Shown one piece after another: positions 13,064 to 27,700 of a stretch of 64,000 nt of DNA. Position 1 is the first letter of the stretch; each line of letters begins with the position of its first letter. Source of the DNA: Seison nebaliae (Eukaryota); NCBI GenBank assembly GCA_023231475.1, contig JALJEE010000596.1:1-64000 (forward strand), in the 5' to 3' direction. The position numbers and the translations under genes were made by a program. The notes beneath the pieces were generated by a model. It was not told the DNA's origin. It did no database searches and saw only the letters and a program-made list of their open reading frames with translations.

Positions 13064-16000
13064 ACTGCCATAATACTTTATTATTCAATTTCTCAAAAAA
13101 ATCATTGTTTGAGAACGCTCTGATAATGTTTCTCTCTCTCTCCTCGTCTTGTGGACAAGTTCTTCTCTTACACTCTTCATCTCTCACGTCCTATCGATCG
13201 ATCATCGGTAGAGAATTATTGAACGAATAATAGAAAATTATGCAGTCTTTTCATTGCATCTCATAATACGTGGGATTGTCGTTAATAGAAGAATAAAACT
13301 TTTGTCATACCATTTTTTATTGCCAACACAACGATATGACGTTCTTAATAGAACCAATTTCATTCTTCTCATATTATACAAATTCTTCCTCTCACACGAA
13401 ATCTTCTTCGATTTCAGTTTAAATTCTTTTATTTTTTCCCGTCAAACTGATGCAACATTCAATTATATAACTATTAATCAGAAGGACAAATTATTAGAGA
13501 TAAATAATCGATTTGAAAAGTCATCAAAAAATGAATTTATTAGGAAAAAATTTCGATTATCAATTTAGGTGTGTGAAGATAATTGTGAGGAAAGAAAGAA
13601 ATTGAGAGTAACGGAATTGATTGCTCATCTATTATTTCTGATCTAATTTATATGTTTCTACGACTATGAACGGGAGATGAATCATTAAACGGTTTTTTCT
13701 AAGTTGAATGAAATGCGTGACGTAGAACAGATTGGGCTGCTGGACAAGAATTGCATTCAATGAAACTTATTCTTATTAATTCTCACCATAAACGACGTAT
13801 TTTCCTTCCCAATGTCTATCTAATGGTGATGAGAGTTATGTAATATCCTCTCTAATTCACTTATGTATTTAATCGGAAATCATGAGTTCGAAATGAATAG
13901 TTTTCTTTCTATTTAATTCGTTGGTTAATGCGATTTAATAAAAACTGTTATTATTGCTACTCCCTAATTTACCTTATTCCTTCCTCCTAATCGAATTCAC
14001 GGTACATTAACTTCTTATGTTGATAAATTCCATGATTCTCGACATCTGAAACGAAATGGATAAAGTGGAATATTGGGAGAGATGGATGATTGTAGTGCAT
14101 CGCTGCCAATCAAATTGACAATCGACATCTCATAGTGCACAAATGATTGAGGGAGAGATGATGGAAATTGGATGGATACGATTTGGTGATCGTTCAAATT
14201 GTATGGTTGGATAGAAATGCATGAGATGCATAAATGAGAATGAGAGGTTTATAAATGATCAACAAAAATATCACACTAGTTATAATTATAATGGAAATTT
14301 GGAATATGGTTCCATGATATATGGGGGGACAAAAGAAAAGAAAAAAAGATAATTAGGAAAATGAGAATAGAATGAGAATGGAATCGAGTGAATGAATACA
14401 AGTAATTTTATCCGCACTTCAATAACTGTTGTAGTCGCGTTGAAGCATCTTAGACGCTTCCTTCTATCTCCAACGTTGGAGTGAGGAGAACGATATTAAG
14501 ATCATCGACGACGGATTCCTGCAGAAGACAAAAGAAGAAAAAGAAAAGTCTCTGGAAGAAAACATTTCGCAAACTAAATTGGAATAGTGATTGATCCGCT
14601 TTCTCATACTTCTCATCATGTTTCATCGTTCAAGTCGAGTAGACGAGAATCGGCAATTGCCATCCGATCTCTGTCTTCGAAATAAGCTTGCTTTTTTCCC
14701 CGTTTTCTTCACGAAAACTTTATCAATCTCTTACGGTAGTGGAAAGAAGAAATGGATCGATCTTGCAATTCATTCCCTTTCTTCTTTCTCTTCTACATTC
14801 ACCAATTATGTGACGGCGACATTCCGATTGTTTACTTATCATGCGGAGAAGTGGCTCAAGATGTGTGTATCGGGCACTGAACGAAAAAGACGGAAAGAAT
14901 CTAAATGAATTTTCGGATATATCTTTTATTTTGCGTCTCTCCACACAACAACTCCCAATATACATAGAGTCCTCATTCTCTGTGACAGGTAAGGAATAGT
15001 TCGTATATGCATATTATCTCTCTAACTACTATTCTTTCTTCTCCTAATAAACTTCTCCATTTTTTTTCTCTAACACATGTGAACGGATTAAGAGACGGAT
15101 CAGTCTTACCGATTGCCATTTAGCCATCTCCTTCTCATCTCTCTCACTCTCTCTGTCTCTATTTCGATCATTCTCTAATTATATTGACGGAATGATTAAA
15201 CCTAAGTTCTGTTACCGAATATTATTGAACTTAACTAAAAAGAACTTTAAAATGAAATTCGAACTAAACAAAAAAGCGGGAAGATTTTTTTGAAAAAAAA
15301 ATAATTTTTCGCAAATAAAATGCAGAAACTAGGAAAAGAAAGATATGAGATAATGAAAATGCAAGAATGAAAACAATGAGCCAAACCAGTTCATAAACGT
15401 GCAACGCATTATGAGAAAGACTGAACGGAATTGATTGCGATGGATCTTGAAGAAATTGAGAAGGAGGAATTGTTTAAAAACTGAAGCCTCAATTAATTTT
15501 GGACGTGCATTTTTTTGAAAATGTGTTTGCTGAGAAATGAGTCTGTTTCCCAAATAGTTGGTTAATAAGATAACTGGAAAAGAAATGAAGAAAGTGAAGT
15601 GGAGAGATTTAATGGGAAGAAAGGAATATTTGATGAAAGAGGGGGAGTTGGTTGGAAGTTTGAAATGAATAAACTTTCTTCGTGAATGATCTCTTCTAAA
15701 TCGATCGTATTTAATCCTCCTGAACGAAATAGAACGAACGAATGAAAGTAAATACGAATAATAATCGTCATCGTCATCAGCAAATTTTCGTCAATATGAT
15801 GATCTCTCTGTTCGATTAAAAGGAGACGAATTCTTCTGAGTTGTGGAGATACATTCCGTCGACTAGATCGAATAGTGGCAGTGCTAATGTTGTCATTGTG
15901 TTCTGGACGATGTAGTCGCATTTAGTCGTTCCAACACGAACGTACACAATATATTCACAATCTCCTTCCAACACTGTCGACTGCGTCTTCAGCATTTTAA

Positions 16001-17954
16001 GGAAAAAGGATCTTCTAATTAGAATACACATTTGCTAGAACTGAACATTTATATCTATCTGTCAATACACATACAATTTGTGTATGTTTGTGTGTGTGTA
16101 GATGGAGATAGAGACGGAGGATGAATAATCGGTCATACAATATACCTGCCTATCATGATCAACAACATTGTTAATTTGTCATATTCCTCCGATATGGGGA
16201 AAGGTATTCGGGTGTCGTTTTTGGATGTGTAGACAATTTCGTTAATATGTGTGAGAAAAGAAGCTGCATGATCCATTGTCAAACAAAACGGCAGAGAACA
16301 CGAAAAGAATAGTATGATAATGATGAGAACGGAACAGTTTTCATGATTCTCTTCCTTACCATTTTTCTTTCTTTCGGACAATTAATCATTGAAACATTTA
16401 TGGAACATTTCTCTCATCCTCAATGATATCATTATTCTTATGATGTAATCATCAATTATCAGTATGGAATGATCTCAGTGAAGAGAATGTGAAGATAAAA
16501 TAAATTTCTTATTTAAATATCTGATAATTTAATAATAAATTAATTTGAATTTTTGAAAAGTGAATTTGTTATGGAAAGAAGAAAATAAAATGTGGGAACT
16601 GACGGTGAGATTGGAAGTCTGTTCCCGAATGATAATTCCATCGATTGGTTGATCATGATGATTATGATGATTCTACTTCTTCAAACTACTTTCTTGCTGA
16701 TTGTAGGAATTGTGAACGCTAACTAAATATGGCGAAGAAGATGATTTATATACCGTTCTCGTTGAGCGATGTAGAGAGATATACGGTACGTACGTACATC
16801 CATCCATCCATCCATCCATCCATCTTCCTCATCATCAATACCGACTGTTGCTGGTACATAAAAGAATCTTTATTAAAATCATATTTGTCGACGACATTTC
16901 CATGTGTATATCTGGGAGACACGCATATCTGAGAGAACATGGAAATAAGACAATTTCGCATTCATTGATGGCAAGTTAGACGTCCGTTTGACTCGCTCCT
17001 TCTACTGATGATTAACATTCGCCTAATTATAAATTCAGCGTTTCGCATAATCCCTCCTCCTCCTCCCTACTTACACGCACATATATGACGCGTATATTGT
17101 ATGTATACACATCACCGGTTAATGGGGAAGAGTCGTCTACTATTCGTCATGTTACGACAATGTCTCCAACAATTCTTCTTAGGAATATCTCTTCTGTAAC
17201 TTCTCCTATTTCTTCCTTCCACTCATTCATCCATCAATCGATGCCAATATATGGCGTGTCGATATGTTCGAATCACTTCCTCCAAAATCATACGAAGAAA
17301 TTATTACATATTTTCCTCTGCCTATTCCTTTGTATTCGCGTCGAACTGCTTAACATCGAAGACGTTTCTTTCTCTCTTGTATGAGAATGTGAAATTACAA
17401 TAAATAGAAGAAAGATAATAATATTATTTCATTTCCATAATTCTTTGAGACATGAGCATCAACAAAAAATGAATGAAGATTATTCAAGATGCCAATGAAG
17501 AATGAAACCGTTTACAGGAAAACGGAGAATATTAGATAATTCCATTCTGTGAGAGTAACGGAAGATATTTTTATCTTATTCTAATCTCCTATCCGTGATG
17601 GGAAATGGGAAGAATTATTCAGTAATAACACGAATAATGTTGAAGAAAAATATTTGAAGGAATTGCCCGTTTTTTCTTCTCGTTCTCAATGTCAGGAGAG
17701 ATATTCTCGATACTTCTCTTATTTTGCTACTTTGTATGTGGATGAATTGATATTGATGATGATATAGCGAATAAGAAAATCGAATATACTAATATTTATT
17801 AAAAGCGTGTACATGTCATAAGATGGGAGAATGATTTCGCATTGTAAATGTTAAACAGAAATTCTATCGTTGGACGAAAGTGACGATGGTGGTGTTACTT
17901 CCACAATACGGTATTCTGGGATGCATAATACTTTTCATTATTACTTCTAACTAT

Positions 17955-17984
17955 ATCATCATCATCATCATCATCATCATCATC
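17955..17984. repeat. (ATC)n microsatellite
   Basis: About 10 perfect ATC units. Confidence 0.9.
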
Positions 17985-20900
17985 GGCGACGACTAGTTTT
18001 CTATTCTCGATTCGACTACCGTTTTCACAAGTGAGGAAAACGGTTTCTTCCTTTTTACAAACCGTCACAAACAACTATTGACATGGAGAGAGCTAACATA
18101 TAATAAATGTGGAGGGGAAGGAAAAGACGGAACGAAGAAGTCGGTACGCACGAAATCAATCGATTTAGAAAGCAAAAGGGCGATTAGGTTAATCTGCTTA
18201 ATCCTGTTGTGATGACGAGAGTCGAATGGAATACGATATGGTTGCGTGGAAGTCTTCTTAATAAAAGAAAATAAATATTAATTTAATCTCACGAGAAGAA
18301 AAAATAAAACACGTTAAAATAAAAGAATCGATGTACTAATAAAAATTTCTCCGGTTTCCCAAACAAGAGAACCATCGTAGAAATAATAAGGGCAGCGATT
18401 TATGAAAAGTTCACAAAAGCTGCAGTTCCTACTTCTCAATGATCCTACTTCATTAAACTGAATGCTTTTATGAGTTAGCAATGGTTGTTCTTACATGTAG
18501 GTATGAAAATGCGGTGAGTAATTTATGCATTCTTTTTTGATGATTGTCATGACAACCAGTCCATCTTCACAAGTGAATGTTAAGAAGAATTGCAAATTCC
18601 GAATAACGTTCCTTTTTAACGTCTCTCCTATTATTCCACTAATATCGATAATGGATATGAATGATTGATTTTCGCACACAATTGAAGACGGTGAATGAAG
18701 AGAACTCTGAACGGTCATTCTCTCATCAATCAATATATCATCAATATTAATGTCCTCCCAATATCTCCCACAATCTAACACTTTCTTTTCTTTCGTCTTA
18801 TTTCTGTGAGTGAAAACAACAAATTGTAGTGATCGTGATAATCAAATAGGAAATATTTGTTAGGAAAGCGGCGAACGAGAATAAATTGAAAAAGAAAAGA
18901 GATTGGAGAAGTGAATAGTTGGAAAAAAATGGTGGTGAAATAGAAATCGAAGTGAATATCTTAAATAAATATTGATGTTTCCAAAGTTGATTCACGTTTA
19001 TTTGAAGAATGCTTAAACATCTCGAAAAGAATTTGATGAAAAGAATCCAGAGCGGAAAAGTTGATGGTCAATGAGTAAATAGTGCATCAAATAAAGGTGA
19101 GCGGAATGAAATTGAAAGAAAGACTTTGACTTGCTTAAAACAAAACTTTAAAAGAATAATATCTCTAATACTTTGTCAATTTGAATCGGTATCAATGTGT
19201 CTCATTATTAAAGGAGATAATAGTAGAAGAGAAGTTGAAGAGAAGAGGAAGCATGACAATAGCTTCCCGATTATTTTCCGCCGATACATATACTCCTCGA
19301 TTGGCTATAAACAAATTTCTACCGCCTTCGTTCCTCGAAGAATTATTCGTGGGAAGTATTAATATTTCTCGAATGATGTTAAAAGAAATGAAAAGAAATC
19401 TTTCTTTCATTCTTTCTTTCACAAGGAATGTTGATCTCAGCAGGAGCATAATTGATAATGGCAGGCATTTAACTAGAATGAATAAAAAAAAGTTCGACTT
19501 AGCAGTCGACGTAGCGAAGAAGTTGACAATAAAATGTCGCTGTAGACGTAGTCATGTAGAGTTGGGACGTTATGAAGAAGAATGAACGCGACATTCCTCC
19601 CATTATTATGTTCTTTCTTCTCTATTCGTTTCCATCGCTGTCAGTTACTATCAGAACTCCAACGATCTGTTTGGAACATGCAACTCGATCTTTGTGTGTG
19701 TAGAAGAATGCCTAAAGAATTTGCAGGTTAATTAAACAACGCGACTTTTCTTTGCCTATCGACAACGATAACGATGATAATGTGGAACAGGAGAGAGTCT
19801 GAATAATATGCTCGACATTATCAGCTAAATATGTCTAATGACGGAATGAAAGAAGAGAATGAAAGAGAAGTTAAAAATCACAACAACTTTTATGATAATG
19901 AAGAAAAGAATGCAAAAAGAGGGAAGGAATGTCTTTAGTTGGAACAAAGAAAATGATTTCCATTAAGAACATTCCATTAAAAGGAATCATAGGAAATTCG
20001 ATGCATTCTTAATCTGCTAATGTTGACTTGATTATTTGAGTGGAGAGAAGAAATAGCAGGTGCTTTCCCAGCCAAAATTATCAGTCAATCTGCAAAAGTA
20101 TTCGATGTCGGAAAAGTTGTTGATTATCTCTCATGTCGGTTCATGAAAAGTCTTCAAACATTAGCACACCATTTCTAGTCACTTATCATATGATTAATTA
20201 TAAACTTGAGGAATGATAAGTGAGAATATTTTCTTTCGCTGATGTATGACATTGATAAGGATGAAACGATGTGAATGTTTTCTTTGCCGTTCCTGATAGA
20301 AATGGAACGAAAAATTAATTCAATAAAAAACAACATTTCTCAAAAACTTTTAAATGATAACTATTAAAATATGCCATAGAAAAATCAAGATTAATCGAAT
20401 TTTCTACCTCTTCTCAAAAAGTTGAACGTTTCAAATTGACAAAGACGTTTTCCTATTTTTGCTCGAACACTATTAAACCATTAAATAAGAATGCTTAACA
20501 TAAATATGAGTCTATCATCATCCGGTTGATTATGCTGGAGGGCGAATCAATTAGATGAATGATTTGTATCAGATAAACAAAGAACGAGAGTTTCCGATTA
20601 GTAAAACAATCAATAAATTGATGACGTTAATTTTGAAGGAATTTCTCAAAGATAATTCTTCTCATAAGAAATAATCATTAAAAAAAGATTTTCGAAATAG
20701 CAAATGACTAATAACAATTTAACGATGCTGATATTCGTTATTTACACATAAATCTCAACTATCATAAAATACGTTTTCTTTTTTGGAACCTGTAAATATT
20801 CATAGAATAAGTGTGAGCTGAAGTGTCGCAGGTAGGCAGATACTCGATGTCAGTTTTATGAGCAATTGACTCTGTTTATAAACAAAGCTGTATTAGACGA

Positions 20901-22588
20901 ATGATGCATCATCAGCTCCATTACGAGTGATTTATTAGAGAAGTTAGTTTTTGCTTGATATGAATAGAGTTCTACTAAATATTCTCCTCCAAATGAATCA
21001 ACTTCATCCGAATTAAATTCTCCCATAAAACTTTCTCTTCAGCAGAATCAGTCAAAGGAGACAATAAACAATTTCATCGTGTACAATCAATTTCATACAC
21101 CAGGAAAAAATGGCTAAGACATGTAATTATCGATTGTTTATTCTCCTATTTTCTAAGCAATTTATAATTTCTTCTACAAATAGAAAAAGAAGAAGAAGGA
21201 ATTTGCATAGAACTTGAACCATAATTAATCTTTCTTTTATGAAAGTGCAAGAAAAGTTTGTAGGAGCTATTAAAATTTTAGGGGTTGAATTTCGAGTTGC
21301 TAGGTAAGGCAGAGCAGTTAGGTGACATATACCAAATAGAAGAGAAGAATAAATTTATTTCTCCTCAATACATACTCCACTTACATCGTTATAGTCAACG
21401 TTGTCAAATGGTTATAAGGTTTCCCTCGTATGAAAACATCGACGATAATTTCTTTCAAATGAAAAACATTTGAAAAAAAAACTTTCCATATAATTCTCTT
21501 AGGAAGTTGGAAACGCATAAAAAAACTTATTCAGACACATAAAAATATGAAAATGATAAAAAAGAAAGTATAAAAAACTTAAACTATTTAAATGTTTCCT
21601 AAGAAATAACATACAACAATAACAACATGAAAAAATGAGGAACTATAAAAATTGCACGATAAATTTTTTTAAGTTATATGAAAAGAAGTTTTTTTGAAAT
21701 TGGGTAGGATTTCATTTGAAGTTATTTTGATAATTAATTTATAGAAACATATTTTGTATTTCTTCTCATTGTTCGAGAATTATTGTGAAGTTTACGAGAA
21801 ATGAAAGAAGACATAAAAACTAAGCAGTCATTATAGCATATGCAATAGTTGTTTCGCTGCACTGCCATTCTCTTTGATTTCTGAGAAATAACATAAGACT
21901 CTTTTTTTATAGCAGATCATCGTGAACTTTTCGTATCGTCTAAAAGTTTTATGTTGTTTATAAGAAAAGTTTTCTTCTTTATTTCTTTCTTTCTTTTTTC
22001 GCCAAAATGTTTGGAAGAGATGAAGGAATATAGTGCAACGTTTGCTTGCCGAGTCGTTAAACTACTTCATCAGGTTAGTGATAAATTTGAAATATTCTAA
22101 TGAGTTATGCATCGTTAATAATCAAAGAAGATAAACGTGACAGAGTAATCAATTTCAACGGATTTTTTTACTTTATTGTTATGGTTATTTACAAAAAGGA
22201 ATTGATATGAATGAAATAAAATGACTCTTATTAAATGTTTCACGTCTGTTGAAGAATATGATTAGTCATAGAAGATGAAGAGGAAAAAGATGAATCTCTA
22301 TTATTTCTTTTTTTTTGGAAGGGTTAAGAATAAATAAGTAATCCGACCACGTATACAGTTCGTTGATAAGGTAAATGAAAGAATATCGGTTAGTTGGATT
22401 TATATTAGCCACTTGATTAGAAGTTGTGATAACGGGAAAAGTTATCAGTTTTGAATGTAACCAAAAAAAAAGAATGAAAATGGATAAAGAATGTCAAACA
22501 AATAAAATTGGAAAAGAAAACCGATTGATTAGCAGGAAAAATGGGAGATGATGGAAAAAAGTGGAGAAATCAATGAATCAAATGAATA

Positions 22589-24794
22589 TTAGATCAACTT
22601 ACATGCATCGATATTGTATTGATTGCTCACCATTTGGATTAATCTCGTCGCTAACATCAATTTGTCTTGAGGATTCGAGTCCAATTGATTGATATTATTC
22701 AACAAGATATTCAGTTTCCGTTTCAATTCGTCTGGTTGAAATTCTAATTTCTCATAATTGATCTTGTGAAGATACATCTCCATCTCATTTTCATTTGACT
22801 GGTCATTTTTATTCTGTTCCTGTTGTTCATTTTGTTGTTGCTGTTGTTGTTGTTGTTTGAGAAATGTTTGAAGAAGTAACGTCTTACTATCTAATAGATC
22901 GGCGTCGACATTGTGAGAAGTTTGGGGAGAATCGAGAGACATATTTATCAACGAATTCGATCCATTCGACGATATTTTCCTTTTCATATATTTGTCATTA
23001 TCATTTCCTGATATGATGTCATCGATCGTTGAGAGTTTTCGACGTTTGGAACATTGTTCATCTGATTTCAATGACGAGAGTTCACTATTCTCAACATCGT
23101 CCACTTCTTCGCTGGTCAATTCGCTAGTCGACGTTTGATTTCCATTCGATTGTTTATTGATTGTATCAGGTGTTCGTCGATAATCGGAAATATTTGTTGA
23201 TTTATCATTCGAATTATTCTTCGTTTGTGAATCGTAGATGGCTGATACAATATTCTTCAAATAACTTATGAGATTATTAGAGAGATTTCCTTCGTTATTA
23301 TTCTGATTATTATTAGGAAAATTCAAATTCAATTGATTGGCAATATTTTGAGTGTTTTGTGTGGGAATTGTTTCTCGAGTCGAATCGTTTAATTGTTCGG
23401 AGAAGGTTTTCTCATTTTTCAATAATTGTAATTTTCTAATTATGTCTAACGGATTTACCGATTGTTTCGATTGCTTATTCTGATTTACTAAAATATTCTG
23501 AATGTTCGTCAACGGATCATTGACATTTGAATTATCATAATCATTAGACATCGAGAATTTCGAATCATCATTGTTATTATTATTATTATTATTGATCGAT
23601 CCAATACCAGAATTATTATTATTATTATTGTTATTATTGTTATTGAAAGTCGTGTCGAACGATTGTAAGTTGGAGGAGGAGAAGACTTTTGGTAAAATTG
23701 ATGAAATATTTAAACCGGAATTGTACGAATTTAATTGATTTTGCATCGTCAATAATGATGGTATGAGACTCTTCAGATCATCCAAATTTCCATTATCTGA
23801 ATTATTATTTCCATTCATAATATTATCGTTATTATTGTTATTGTTAGTATTGTCACTTTCCAACTTCCATTTTTCACGTAATGGTTTCCTGCCACGTTTC
23901 TTTCTTGCAGGTTCGTTCCCTAATCGATTGGATGGAGAAGAATTACCGTTATTCGACGATTTTTCTGTACTTTCTTTCTTGGAACTTTTCGGTTTAGCAA
24001 TTCTTAATGGCAGACTACTATTGGGATCGACGGTATAAATAGATTTATTCTTGACACCTTTGAATGAACCATCAGCATCAAATACGACACCTCGAGGTGC
24101 GTGTGGATGTGTATCGTGTAAATTCTCAATTTCTCCATTTGAATTTACTGTCAATCTTCCATGACAAAATCGTACGACGCATACCCAATAAGTTCTTTCT
24201 CCTTGTAACTTCTCTCGACGATATCGATGTTTCTGATAAATTAGATGTTCATTTCCTTTAGTACTCAAAAGGAAAAAATAGTCTCGTCCTTTTGGGAAAT
24301 AAGGATAATTTCTTTGATCAATCGGAAGGAGTGGCGGTAATGTCGTCGAATTATCTTGATGTCGATGTTGAATAATTTTCTTATTTAATTCGATATTTCC
24401 TTTCAATATCTCTTTATGGTTCGCGGGAACTTCTGAATATTTCATATTTTCCGATTCATTTTCACTTTTCAATTTCTCAATTGTCGTCGATGAGATGTCG
24501 TTATCAGAATTATAGAATAATTTCGCCGTTTCTGTCACAACGGGCAAATATTCTCCATAGCCATTCTCATTTGATGGTAAATTTAATGACGAATTCTTCG
24601 TACCATTCTGTTCGACACAATTGTCATTCTGAAAAAGAAAAACAAAATTAATAATTTCTTTTCTCAAAAAATTTTTATTTCAATAAAATTGTTTCATAAT
24701 TTCAATGAGAGTCTCATAAAATTTAATTGATTTTTATTAGACGAACCTTCATTGTAGTATTGTCATTTGATATGTCATTTGCATTTGTCTCCAT
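22589..24794 (-). CDS. FLYWCH zinc-finger protein with AT-hook-like motif, 2 exons (24794-24747, 24628-22589)
   Basis: FLLSTKGNEHLIYQKHRYRREK..TYWVCVVRFCHGRLTV..HPH, followed by ARKKRGRKP, with poly-N/Q tracts. A 16-codon first exon METNANDISNDNTTMK is joined by phase-0 intron 24746-24629 (GTTCGT..CAG). Confidence 0.8.
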
Positions 24795-27700
24795 AGTGCG
24801 AGAATCGAAAACGTTTTCTTAAGAGATCTAAAGCAAAAAGCACTTGACTCTTTAAATAATCTTAATAGAATAATTCTGAGATATGGCAAGAGAATAATCG
24901 AACGAATAATTTATAGAGTTTTGAAAAGTCAAAGGAAATTAGAAACGATTTATCAGCGAGATATTTTACGGTTAATTGTGATTGAATTCATAAAAAAACT
25001 CTCTAACGATTATGACGATTCAGTTTGGTCAATTCTAATTTAGAAAAGGAAATTGACAACAATAACCATAACGGATTGTTATTGAGCGAAACAGTTTCAA
25101 CATAGAGTTGAAAATGAAGGATGACGAATAAGATACAGCCATGAAACTTCTACTTGTTCGTGTACTACATAGAAATTTCAGTTCATTTAATGTTCTAGTT
25201 AATATAATTCGTATGTTTCAGATTGAAAAATAAAACGTAAAAAAATGTCTTAAATTAATTTTTCTTCTTTTTTGACAATGTTCAATTTTTTGTTGAATAA
25301 AAATTAAAATTGAAAATAATTAAGAATTTCAAAGTGTTCTCCTTAATTGAGCGCAAAGGAGATAGATGAGTGGACGAACTGGAAAAGAACGTCAAAAGGA
25401 AATCTGAAGGACGCCGATGATTTCATTTGAAAAATGAAGTTAAATGAAAGATGATTATTATTACGAAATTTTATGCCTAAACATCACAAAATCTGGTCAG
25501 AAGAACATGGATGAAAGTGAAGGGATTTGACTATATTGTATTTGTGACATATTCGTTAAGATAATGTTGAATAAGATTTTCGAGATTTATAGCAAATGAG
25601 GATTAGGAAAAAGGAGTAAACTGAAATTTGAAATCTTATTTAAGACGTGCTAAAGAAATAGTGTGAATTGATTCATAGATGAAATAATAAGATTTCTTGT
25701 TACTTGTTTCGGTATAAGGAGAGAGAAATTAAGTAGAATATATGTTGATTAGAAGATCTTAGTGAAAAAAGGAACGAATGTCAATGTTGGTAGTCGAATT
25801 CATTGATAGAGTCATATCAAGAGTAGCAACGAAGGAAAGTTGTTTAGAGGTAAATATCGCGCATAAATCGCTATTGGAGAGAGGTAAGAATAATAGATTC
25901 GAATGGAAATAGTCGATAGTTGACGCGAGGGAACTTATAATTGCCTCAAAATTTTTAAGAGACGCGCAAGCGGCGTTCATAAGAGCGGAAATGTGACCTT
26001 CGGAAAAATGAATTAAATGACTGAAAGAAACATAAGGCTACATAATAATATTTCCGCGAATAAAGGGAGAAGGAAAAGCATTATTAAGTATACAATCCAT
26101 CCAGTCAACATATATACATATATATACCGAAACTTAAAAGAATTTATACAATTCGAAAAGATAAAGCCCAAACGTCTTACCTTGTTTCATTGAAAACAAT
26201 CGCGAATAAGAGATCCCTATGAGATAATATATTAAAAATATATGATCGAGAATTACATTTCGATAAATTTTCTAATGTTGAATGAATGGACAGAGGCGAA
26301 AAAGACGCAATTCATCGTTATCTCATCAAATATTCGCATTGACAACTCCTTACTTGTGTCATTACACAACAATCGAAGGTGATATGATAGGAGAGGAAAA
26401 ATTATCTTAACCTTTTCTTCCTCTCAGCTTGCCGAAGTTGATGATAACTTTCTGATTAACGAAGAAAGGGAGAGAAAGGTAGTTGAGTAAGAAAGATATG
26501 AAAGATTGGGATGATAGTTTTTTGAAGTTAGCATTTTGCTTGATAGTTAGAACGATGGAAAGAATGGGAAGGAAGAAAATCGTATGGAAAGTAGAACGGT
26601 CGTGCAAAAACAACTGAAACGTTCTCGATAAAGATGAAGGCGAAAGAGAGAATGATTTCATTTATCGTTTCGAATGGCGCACGTTGGATTGCTGCGTCTA
26701 AATTACGATCATTATTATTCTACCCATCTTCCAAAGAGATAGGCGGAGATAATACTTAGTTAACTGACGACAGGCAGAGCCTGTAGATGATGTTCGCAAT
26801 TTTTTCGATTTAATGCACGCACGTTGAATGGCAGTTGTCAGAGTTGATGGGTAGAAGTGAGAGGAGAATATGTGAGGGAGATAAATGGATTGTTAACATT
26901 CGATGCATGTCATGGATCTAGCATTAATCTCCAATGTACTGTCACTTGATAAGTTTTTTTTGAAATGTACAAGAAATGAATGAGGAATCGTTAACTGATG
27001 ATATCTTGTAAAGTGTACCGTGAAAATGAAGGTTTGTGCTAAATTTCAATTTAACTGCATAGAAGTGGAATGAAATAATTCTTATTCCATGAATAATTTG
27101 TTATGCAGATATCGGAAACGGATTTGTTATGCTTATCACGTAGTTGAGAAATCTTGCTTCTTGAATTTCATGTGAACGCGTTGCCACTTTCTTCTTCATT
27201 TCTTCTTCTTATGTTATAATGCCATTTCGTTTTGTTTCTGCTCCTTTTTTTCTCTTTCTCTCTCTCTCCATTCCCAAGTCTAGTCTACATATCCACAAGT
27301 AATGAGAATTTGCTATATTTATTTTCGATAAGGTTAGAGATAGACGGAAGATGGATGGAATCTGTCAGAGGAGGGGAGAGAATATGATGAAATTAACATG
27401 ATGCGTTAGTGTTGATAAGCGTGCAATTGCGCGTGTAGGCAATGCGGTGCTACTGGTAATATAAGAGTCTTCATACAGCAAGAACGAATCGTAAAGAAAG
27501 ATTGAATCAGACGTATGGATGTTTACACACAATTATCTGCACAGCATGCAACGCATTATTTATCATCGTTCCAAATGTATGTTTCAGGAAGCGTGATAAG
27601 TTCACATTTATTTTTCTTCCAAATCAATTCAATCTACACAATGGAATTCAGTTCCACTTGTTGTTGATGAGGGAAATATCGATAAAATCGGACGAAAACG

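Noticed and set aside
7700..22500. Many 60-200 aa ORFs in the track (e.g. 11908..12519, 15562..15921, 19181..19585)
   Set aside because: They are F/I/L/S-rich translations typical of AT-rich non-coding DNA, with no motifs and no consistent splice chain found.
4634..24794. FLYWCH genes as active Mutator-like transposons
   Set aside because: No DDE catalytic domain, terminal inverted repeats or target-site duplications were seen.
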